A stretch of 63,857 nucleotides of DNA, the filler included, from Phoronis australis (taxonomy: Eukaryota; Animalia; Phoronida): the NCBI GenBank assembly GCA_002633005.1. It is 9 parts of 9 records of this genome, joined end to end, with 100 filler letters (N's around TTAATTAATTAA, not from the genome) between each part and the next. Parts side by side here need not be neighbours in the genome. Positions count along the whole stretch, not along the records: positions 50,960 to 57,589 come from NMRA01002136.1; positions 57,690 to 61,392 come from NMRA01002883.1; positions 61,493 to 63,857 come from NMRA01003713.1; 6 more parts are not named here. One strand, given 5' to 3'. The translations under genes and the position numbers were made by a program. Below the pieces are notes generated by a model that saw only the letters and a program-made list of their open reading frames with translations, searched no databases and had not been told where the DNA came from. Each line of letters starts with the position of its first letter. Position 1 is the first letter of the stretch. This document shows, piece after piece, positions 54,728 to 63,857 of the stretch.

Positions 54728-56378
54728 TCATGGCTTCGGTCCAAATGGCATACTCGGCTGGCCAGTTAGCACTGTAAAAAGATAGCAAACAAATGTCTAA
54801 AGACAAGCACGAGTGAATAGTTTCCACTTGCACAAGCTGTAATTAGTATAAGCTTCTTGACACGGCATCCAAGTTTTGAGGTGCGGCCATAAACCGACTG
54901 GTATAATTCACTTACAGAGGTCCCGCATTTTGAGAACCAGTTTTCTCCACTGAACAACAGGTACCAAACTGGTTCTCAAACCTGGGGCCCTGCTAAACTA
55001 TTGCCAAAATATCTTCCATAAGAAAAAAACTTTTGATTTATACTCAAGATTACGAAACCGCCTCAAATAGGTCTTTAGCCAAAATAGATGTGATTTCTGG
55101 GCTTTGAAAGATAGCTTATTATTTAGATAGTTAATTATTTGAGACTAGACTCTCCAATTAGAAGGGGGAACTATATTTTGCCCAATCACTTTTGCCATGC
55201 AGCAATTATTTTACAAACAAAATAAGTACGTAGTCCACATCAAGTGGTTCAAAGGTAATGCCTACTGCAGAACACAAAATGCTTTACAATCAAGTTAGTA
55301 CTTACTGTAGGGGTCAGCGTAGAGGGGATAGGCCACGTGAGTATGATGATGAGTATGTAGATGGCGCTGAGCAGGTGGAGATGATGAATCCCGCCGTTTC
55401 TCAAATGGCGATCCCGTCGAGCTATCTGTAGTCGACGACGATGACTTCTCCCCAGTCGATGTTACTGGAGATTTAGCCTGCTCTTTGAGTTCATGAATCT
55501 TGTGCTGACCGGCTGGTGAGAAGTAGGTGGGGTCAAGTGACTTAGCACCGGCCAGCATGGCCGTGGCCTTATCCTTTTCCGCTTCCATTGGCGACACGTG
55601 ATAGCGCATCTGACTGGGATGAATGTAGCCAGCGGGGTTGTATCCCATGAGTGTTGGCGCACGATACATAGGATGACCAACGTCAAAGGGCGTATAGTGG
55701 TAAGGGTTGGCAGCTGCAAAAACAGGGAATGCCGCCGCTGGCGACTGTTGACTAGCTATGCTCTGCATGCCGGGTGGGCTCCGTGCACTCTTGGGTGTGT
55801 CCGCGCGCGACACAGGCTTTCCCGCCAGTGGAGTCGCCGACTTCTGCCTATCCTGGCGTTTCACTGGATCTGGCGATGACTTGTCCGATCTCGCTTCTTC
55901 CCTTCGCAGCTTATTGGGACTGGCCCGTGGGCTCCGTTCATGTGCTATGCTGCCGAGCGTGGCGGACGCGCTCACTTTGGGCTTGCTGTCGTCGATGGGC
56001 TTCAACTCGGGAACATTCCGTGGTGCACTGCCACCGGCACCATCGGGTCGAGATGGTTGTTTGCTGGAGTCATGCACCTTCTTCTGTTCTAGCATCTGCT
56101 GCCGCTGGAACATGTAGAATCTCTGAAGGTCTTCCTCCTGTTTCTTCACCAACTGGGCGGTGTCGTACGGATCCATCGGCTTGGACAGGCGGCTAGTGGC
56201 AACACTCGCCGCCGACTCCACCTGGGCCTTAAGCTCTATGTTCTCCCGCATAATCTGATGGCTCTCGCGTAATTTGTCCTGCATGCTGCGCTCCGTCCTA
56301 TTGCGCTCTAACGAGGACGGCTGTGACGTTGGCGTTTTGTCGCTGCTGGTTTTACGGCCATCATCGGAACAAGTAGGT
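54728..56378 (-). CDS. ZNF608/609: ZNF608/ZNF609/scribbler (brakeless) family, last two coding exons (56378-55306 and 54771-54728)
   Basis: The C-terminal hallmark PPAQRHLHTHHHTHV.YPL..DPY is present, plus QIMRENIELK and KIHELKE. Acceptor tttcag|A (56378), donor A|GTAAGT (55306), and the last exon MLTGQPSMPFGPKP* is phase-compatible. Confidence 0.85.
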
Positions 56379-57829
56379 CTGAAACGGATATAGCCGATAG
56401 TTTAGGAAAGCGGACAATTCCTGCCAATGAAAGATACAGGTCTTCACCATTTCACCTAACAAGAGCAACATTGCCGTAAACAGTGCTTTATGAATTTTGT
56501 GGATATCATTAATTGGTTCTAAATTAGAAGTTCTGGCACAACAAAACAGAATGGTTAAGAACATCACAAGATGGTCTAGATGTATGACACATGAAACAAT
56601 GAGGGACTTGCACGTTTATTTCAACACTAGGATCGCAAATGGTCAGGTCATTCCCATCACCAGCTTCCCACATATTTGCTACGGGCTGGTTTTGTTCGTG
56701 GTTTCTTTTATATCACCTATTGGTATATATGAATAGAATTTGCTACAAACATGTTTGTTTGATAAATAAAGACTTTCTGAGGCTCCTGCACATGTACTTT
56801 ATACAGTTGAAACAGAATGGTTCGTTTCTGTGTGCCAAGCACTGTAAGCAAAATTAGACACACAGATTTGCATTTTTCTATGGATTCACTACAATGTAGT
56901 GCAAAAAGGATTTTTAATTGGGATTGTCATCGTCCAACGTGTTCCTATAGAAATATTTTGAAGGCATCAAAAGAATGAAAGCACTGCAGAAACACAGCCT
57001 CTGCCTACAGCCCCCACTGTTTTCAGTGCTGCGTCGCCAATGCTATGCACATATCTCTTATAAACAGATGAACAGGAGATCTGTTATGAACTTTCTGATG
57101 CAACATGAGAGTAAAAAGGACATGCCATTCAGATTCACAAGAGGTTGTTCACCACCCTATAGGCTACATATGGGCGCACTTGACGGCTCACGAAGTCTGC
57201 AAAGGACCCATTTTGTACATCTTACTTTTGGGGGGTAAAAAGACATTTTTTTCAATTTTAATTAAAAAAATAAGTTTATGTAAGTTTAGAACTGTTTTCT
57301 TAAAAAGACTAATGAGGAGACCCGCTACAAAAAGGTTCGTGCAAGTTCCACAGAACTCCCTTTCAGTTGCGCTACTTGACCAGAAAGCTGCTAAATAGTT
57401 GTATCGTGAAATCGCGCCAACTTGCGGCACAATATGGAGAATTGAAATTTTACTTCATGTAAACCTAAGTAACATTACGCTTAAGTTTTTACATAAACCT
57501 AAGTATCACCCCGCTGACACTTAACAAGTGCTCTAGTGTTGCTACTGCTGTGCAATAGGTTGAAGTGGTATAGACACAACAATGTGAACNNNNNNNNNNN
57601 NNNNNNNNNNNNNNNNNNNNNNNNNNNNNNNNNTTAATTAATTAANNNNNNNNNNNNNNNNNNNNNNNNNNNNNNNNNNNNNNNNNNNNGGATGAGGTGT
57701 CAGACTAGCCACAGTCCAGATACAGTCATTATCACCAACTTTCTTCAGTAGCTAAATTCCATGCTGCCGGGACATATTATCAAGAGCAAGAGCGGTCAAT
57801 TTTCCGCGTGACAGTGGCCTAGACTCGCT

Positions 57830-59030
57830 GTATTGGGAATGGATGATGGCAGGTGGAAAATTTATTCCCACGACGACGTACCATTCAGCAGCACCAGAGA
57901 ACCTGCTGAAAGTAGTGAGATACTCGGGTAAGACCAACTGCAGTTGCAAGAGATATTCTTGCAGGAAGTTAGGATAGCCGTACTTGGTTGCATATGGAGA
58001 ATGCCGTGGTTTTAGCTGCAGCAATTCATTCTGAGTTGACAGAGATTAGTTGTGTAAATACTGGTTGATTCACTAGCATTTACAACTAACTGGAAGTGAC
58101 ACAGACAGTGTGGATAGTAGATCACTGAATTAATTGCAAAGAGTTATTTTCAATACAGCATATTTTTTCAGGAGGAAAGTGATCCTTCAGCTCAGGCAAA
58201 CCTGATGACCCAAATAAGTTATTCGTTAAACCCAAATAAGTTATTCGTTAAACCATCTTGAAAATGGTAGTCGTAATCATCAAGAGCCAGACAAAAGTTA
58301 TTGTAATGGATGTGCTGACTTAAAAAACTCAGGATATGGCATGTCTCTGGAATCAGAAGTTCTTACACGAAGCAACTATTTGGTGGCCATCTTAGAAAAT
58401 GGTGGAAGTAATCATTAGAGACAAACGCAATGTCAGTCTAAATGGATTAGCCGCAAAACTTTTCCAATGGATTTGTTGACCCACAAAAGGTAGGTAAACA
58501 TTTTTGAATTTTTACTCTATCACATTCCACTCTCGAGTTATAATGATCATCTGCAAATCTGGCAGCCATTTTGTCCGCCATCTTGGAAATGGTGGAAGTA
58601 ATCATTAGTGCCAAATGCAATGAGTCTCAATGGATTAGTCGACCCAGAAAACNTATTATGCGATGTTTGAAGCAAGACGACACACTAATCTGTTCGTGTG
58701 AAGTTGTGCGACTCAAGTAGATTTGGCGGTCATCTTGGAAAATGGCGGACGGTGTCACCACAGCCATGTAAAACCATTTCCAATGGATTTGTTGACCCAC
58801 AAAACATAGGTAAACCTTTTTGAATTTTTACTGTATCACATTCCACTCTTGTGTTATAGTGCGCATCAGAAAATCTGGCGGCCATTTTGTCCGCCATCTT
58901 GAAAAACCAACTTCTGCCACTCCGATTGCGGTAGACTTTTTTTCCCACTAAGGGGTGTGAAAGGATACGATTTATGCAATAAAACCTTCTGTTGCAATTT
59001 TTCCGGGTTATCCGTAGAATGACTGGACTA
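57830..59030 (+). mobile_element. 3' part of an Academ-like DNA transposon (decayed Cys-rich CXC C-terminus plus subterminal repeats)
   Basis: WEW...GKFIP.T...AAPENLLKVVRYSGKTNCSCKRYSCRKLG*..AYGECRG.SCSN (several Cys appear mutated), repeated gccatcttggaaa(a)tgg blocks and a terminus ...ggacta. Confidence 0.5.
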
Positions 59031-59389
59031 GTAATTTGTAATGCAGGTTCGGTGATTTCTTGCTCGGGCTTGGGGTTTACATTTTGCCCCGTAAGAAGTT
59101 GTCAAGCCGTTCTTCAAATACGTAATCGATACTGTATGTCCCACTCTTTGTAAGTCTTTCCACAATTTTAGTGCTGTGGATCTGGAAGATTTGATGAATA
59201 TTATTGATGTGCGTGAGTATCGTCGAGTGCAATAGGGGGCGCATTGTGAAGTCGATATGTGTTCAATATCCATGCTTTTTATAATCCTTCCACTGAAATA
59301 TTATATTCCGGCAAAAATATTATCTGTTTTGTGACAGTTGAGTCTCTGGAACAAGTGAGTCAAATTTCGGTGTGTTTGTGGTCTATTGA

Positions 59390-59637
59390 AGTCTTAATTG
59401 GAGTTTTTGTGTCAGTTGATCACGTCTATACTGTTCTTAAAGACTTATGAGTTAACAAAAGCACTGGTCTTGACAACATCTCTTCTCGCTTCTTCAAAGC
59501 CGCTGCTGTTGCCTTGCCTCTTACTTTCAGTCACATGGTAAATTTGTCCAATACCAATTCCTTTGTTCCTCATCAATTTAAGTGTGCTTAAGTTGTCCCT
59601 CTTTTTAAGAAGAATGACAGATTGGGCGTGTCTAATA
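59390..59637 (+). mobile_element. CR1/L2-type RT N-terminal remnant, interrupted by another element starting (aat)aggcc
   Basis: VLKDL*VNKSTGLDNISSRFFK...SHMVNLS....VP.QFKCA*VVPLFKKNDR..VSN. Confidence 0.7.
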
Positions 59638-61761
59638 GGCCTTTTGCGAGTTTATAACAATAACGCGAGATTATGTGAGACTTAACTGTGACGTCACGGG
59701 AAGTGGGGCNAGGCCTTTTGCGAGTTTATAACAATAACGCGAGATTATGTGAGACTTAACTGTGACGTCACGGGAAGTGGGGCAAAAGCTTGTCGTTTGG
59801 TCATTTGCCCAATACGGTAGCAGAGGGTATTCTGTTATTGTCTTCGAATTTTTAGCCGTTTATTTCGAAAAATGTCCAAAAGCATTGCTGTTATGGCAAA
59901 TGAACTTCAGATTCGCACTACAATACGTTCTATCGCGTTCTGTACTAATTTCGTCCCGTGTATTTTAAACGGGCGGTAGGCGAAATCCGCTCACTGATAA
60001 AGTTTTCACCTCGTCAAAAATACATTCTACACCTAAAATTAGCACCTAAAAGGCTCTCACTTTCTTCAGTGACTCTTTCTGCTTCTAAACATATCTTCGA
60101 TGAAGCATATATATGGGAATTCAGGTGACTTAGGCGAAGAATTCCAACTCCACTTTGTGGTTACTGTTAACTTTGTCCGCGCACGCGATAACCACAATCA
60201 AGTATTTCAACTGAGTCAGGTGAGTTTGAGGCAAAGGCTAGCGCGAGACTGAGCGAAGCGCGAGATCTGGCGCGTGACCTGGCACGTGACACTTGCAAAA
60301 TAGCATGAGAAAATATCAAGTGAAATTTGTAAGATTTGTGTCCCTTGGACTTTTTGTTCGTCAACAGGCGTGATTTCATGTAACTTCCTCAAAATGGCGG
60401 CTAGTGAGAGAAACTCGAGAGAACCGCGAGGTTTTCATGAAAATGCTCAAGTTATTTGTAGACTAAATTGTGTCCAGAGTCAGGGTATGTGTTAATTATA
60501 ACTTCATGTGCACATATGCATGTTTCATTTGATTTTATTTACTGTATTTTGAAGTGAATATCTTTTTATGGGGATACACTATCACCCCTGTATGCCTGCG
60601 CCATTCAGGCCTAGAGCGGGTTAAGTTCCAATTTCAGTCCGTTCACAGCTTCGCACAACATAACAAGNGTCACATTTTCTTCGTCTAATCACAGTTATTC
60701 CACGACCCATCTACCATATCTTAAGTTGTTTTAACGTTTTAAGCGTAAAATTCACCATAAGAACTCCAGTAAGTTTTAGCGTGTGTAGCAAAGACTCGGG
60801 GCAAAACAAGAGCAATATGGCGGGTTTTGCCCCCTTTCCGGTGACGTCAGAGTGACTAGCGAGAAACTCGCAAGTGAGCTATTTACCGGTGAGAGCTGTA
60901 TTATTAACAGAATAACAATGTTGTCAACATACATATATTTTGTATGCTGATCTTTGCCTACTACAAATTTGCCAAAAATGTGGGGGTAACAGACTCCTAA
61001 CCACAAGCACCTGGAAGGCAAGATGTGAAATTTACTTTAAAAGCCGACTGTAATTAAATTAGTGAATGAACTCCTTTTGAGAATGTGTTACTTCCGTTGC
61101 CGAATGTCAGTTTTATATTTTGACGACTTTAATTATATTTTTCGGTTTACTGATTTTCTTACCTTGGCGCACTAAGTAAACATTTTCTCTGAATTTTGGG
61201 TTGCTCAAAATTTAGCGTGTTGTCTTCTGCCCAAAGAGTTGTATTTGTATCTTTTGTATTTTACTTTGATCTCCGTTGCATTTTGTATGAAATGCTAAGA
61301 AAAAGGAAAAATAGAAGACTATTTTTGTTCAAACAGCGTCACATCAAAATGGCGCAAGTTGACCTAAAAAGCGCGCCAATTTCAAAATCACGNNNNNNNN
61401 NNNNNNNNNNNNNNNNNNNNNNNNNNNNNNNNNNNNTTAATTAATTAANNNNNNNNNNNNNNNNNNNNNNNNNNNNNNNNNNNNNNNNNNNNTGAAAAGG
61501 TAAGACCAGTTTCACATGAAACAGTGTCCTATAAATTATAGTTTCCTATGAAATTTTACAGTTGATTTTTTTCCATTTGCTAAATAACTAAGCTTTTGAA
61601 GGCTATGAATCAAAAATTTACTTTGAACGCTTTGTAGAGTCGCAAAAAGGCCAGATGCCGACTGTTCAGCCATAGACCTTACTCAGTGACAAAATGGTCT
61701 TTGCATGGCAATTTAGTCATCTGAAATGATGATGCATGTACTAAACGTCATCACTTTTTCA

Positions 61762-62390
61762 GCGACCTAATCTCCCTGCCCCAAGGTGTCCAACGATGGC
61801 AAGTAAAGATGTACATCAATAGCCGTTATCATTCCGACCACCGCAACTCCCACAACCTCGTGCACAGAAGGAATGCTCTCCGTCTCTTCTTGCAAGTCAC
61901 CAATGCCAAAAGAGCAGGCGATATTACAAACCTAGAGATAGAGAGTGTTCAAAATGCTACAAGTCACATAGTGGGCCATCAATACAAGTACCACGTGTTT
62001 TTTCTCGTAGTCGACGAAATGAGGGCCAGTACAAGAGGCCTAAATCCATGCTAATCATGCTATCAGTTGTATTTGAGAAGAAACCTGTTGCAATAATTTT
62101 ACTCTACCTTCAGAGAATGCATAACATTAGTGGTTGTGAAACTTAAACTCAATAACATATAATATTTTTACTCTGATTTCAGTGAATGTATGACTTTAGC
62201 AAAATGCGCAAAATGAACTCAATAGTATTCTTTTTTCCAGTTATCCCATCATAAAACGGCAGCCGCAGGTCTGAAATCAACAATCTTTGTTCCTGTTGAG
62301 GTTCATGAAGAGCAGTTGAATTTTATAGACTGTACACGACACTTAAATAGCGAGGGTAGCTACGTTTTTGTGTCGCACAAAAACGGAGCA
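61762..62390 (+). pseudogene. Tyrosine-recombinase (Crypton-like) gene fragment in two segments
   Basis: RNALRLFLQVTNAKRAGDITNL (box I Arg), then after acceptor ttttttccag| (62241) LSHHKTAAAG...R...YVFV (catalytic Lys loop). The box II HxxR/Y region is absent. Confidence 0.55.
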
Positions 62391-63392
62391 GATTCGATCC
62401 ATGGAGAGGAACTGTGGTGAGCAATCCTATTGAGTGCCTTCGGCGTCATGGTAACAACTTGCATTCATTTCGAGGACTTAAGCCCACTCAACGTGTGACC
62501 ATCTTGACAGACTATGTCTGCCTTAAGTTATTCCACCAGCTTAGCACGGGTCATACTGCGGTTGGTGTCCTCAGTGAGCTAGACAAAGAAGTACAGTTCT
62601 GGGTTAGGACATGGCTGAAGTTGAGCGATAGCATCAACAATTCCTTCTTCTACATTTCAAAGAAGAGAGGAGGGCTCGGCTTATAGTGCTTCGGCTACCA
62701 GGTCCCTCTTTTGATCCTCGGAAGATACCGTGCGCTCCTGAAAGAAACTGATCCGTTATCGGTGGCTGTTTGTCTTCGGACTAAGCTTTCCGAGAAGGTG
62801 AAGGATCTTGAAGGTAAATATGCTAATGGCGATGACAGGCTTGGTAGGAACTGGCGATCATCTGAACTGAAGAAGTGGACAGCATTGGGCTGTCAGAGCA
62901 AGGGGGCCGACCTCTTCGGCCCGGAGAGTAACAAATGGCTTTGCGGCTATTCGTTTTTCAGTGAAGGTGAAGTTATCGGTGCGTTCAGAACAAGATCTAA
63001 CACGTATCCGACATGCGAGGCGATTAACAGAGGCCGACCGAACTGGGATTCCTGGTGTCGACGCTGTCATAGGACAGTTGAGACACTGGGTCACATTCTT
63101 GGGGCGTGTCACTGTCAAAGCCAACAGAATAGGTCGGAAGAACAGAATNTTGTATGGAGGGTGGTGCAATTCCTCAAATCTAAGGTGATGCATTACCAGG
63201 TGGAACCCCACATCACAGTTCTGAACGACAACGGACAGGAGTCAACGCTAGTACCAGACATTGTGGCCGTTAACCACCAACGCCACGCTCTTGTCATAGA
63301 TCCAACCATTGTGTGGGATGATTCGTATGAATCCCTTCGATCTGCTTACAGAAAGAAGGTTGAGAAGTACACTGTACTCCAGACGCAAGTCA
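62390..63392 (+). mobile_element. R2/NeSL-clade (RLE-type) non-LTR retrotransposon 3' fragment, degraded
   Basis: LKPTQRVTIL, FFY....GGLGL*, CCHC knuckle CRRCHRTVETLGHILGAC and RLE motifs EPH..PDIV..VIDPTI..K..KY. It has an in-frame stop and frameshifts. Confidence 0.8.
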
Positions 63393-63458
63393 TTAATTTG
63401 ACAGTAACATTTTCTCAGTCATGTCACAAATATCTCTCAAAAAATAAATTAAGAAATA

Positions 63459-63857
63459 ATGAAATTACAAGACTTTAGACTTCGCACTTTGGAGGACACA
63501 GTGACTTTCCTTCAGAACAATCAATTACTGTCAGCAAATAAGAACTGTAACCGGTGCAATCAAGGTATGACATGGAGCGAAGCCCCTGCTCGAAAGGACA
63601 GCTTCGTATGGCGGTGCAGCCCATGTAAAACTTCGCTGGCCATCCGAGATGGAAGTTTCTTCGCAGAGTCAAACTTGGGACTCGACAAACTTATACAGTT
63701 TATCTACTTTTGGGCCATGGACACCTTCACCATGGCTCAAATACGAGACGAGCTTTCCATCCGGAGCAGTAGGACCCTTGTTGACTGGAATAATTTCATA
63801 AGGGACGTGTGCACGGAGCACTTTGTAAGGAATCAGCGGCAGATTGGAGGACCCGGC
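63459..63857 (+). CDS. Merlin (IS1595/ISXO2-like) transposase N-terminus, open to the window end
   Basis: MKLQDF..FLQNNQLL...CNRC...WRCSPC...IRDGSFFAESNL...FIYFWA...TLVDWNNFIRDVC......IGGPG. It runs 133 codons without a stop and is missing from the ORF track. Confidence 0.85.
   Translation, partial: MKLQDFRLRTLEDTVTFLQNNQLLSANKNCNRCNQGMTWSEAPARKDSFVWRCSPCKTSLAIRDGSFFAESNLGLDKLIQFIYFWAMDTFTMAQIRDELSIRSSRTLVDWNNFIRDVCTEHFVRNQRQIGGPG

Noticed and set aside
55462-56196. Overlapping alternative-frame and antisense ORFs (also over YY1, the GPCR and the transposase)
   Set aside because: They are shadow ORFs of GC-richer real exons with no recognisable motifs.
56284-56400. Possible truncation of the ZNF608/609 exon
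   Set aside because: The frame stays open upstream of the ORF-track Met to a good acceptor at 56378, so it is an ordinary exon.
59637-59783. Perfect ~73-bp direct repeat
   Set aside because: The two copies are separated by a single N (59710), most likely an unmerged contig overlap.

Overview
AT-rich eukaryotic genomic DNA from an invertebrate (probably a marine bilaterian; this is an inference from gene and transposon content). It is built from nine contigs joined by artificial 100-bp linkers (44 N + TTAATTAATTAA + 44 N), so adjacency across linkers is not biological. The first contig (1-27124) is transposon-dense and holds an apparently complete ~12-kb Ginger1 DNA transposon (5314-17346, perfect 39-bp TIRs). 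Its spliced 809-aa integrase-type transposase is fused to a Ulp1-like protease and a PHD finger. Between the TIRs lies a convergent, intronless SGNH-hydrolase gene with a CCAAT/TATA/Inr promoter and, 15 nt after its stop, a 15/16 match to the replication-dependent histone mRNA 3' stem-loop. That is the most unusual signal in the window. Host genes are a complete six-exon YY1 (with a cluster of YY1 motifs in its own intron 1) head-to-head with exon 1 of a DEGS desaturase, two NCKAP1/Hem exons, the 3' exons of a ZNF608/609/scribbler gene, an SMB-domain GPCR broken at an assembly N, and one RS-rich exon. The rest is TE debris: non-autonomous TIR elements and remnants of Sola-like, Academ-like, THAP, pogo-like, Crypton-like, R2/NeSL, Merlin, CR1/L2, L1/Tx1 and RTEX-like elements. 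All identifications come from motif recognition by eye; no database search was run.
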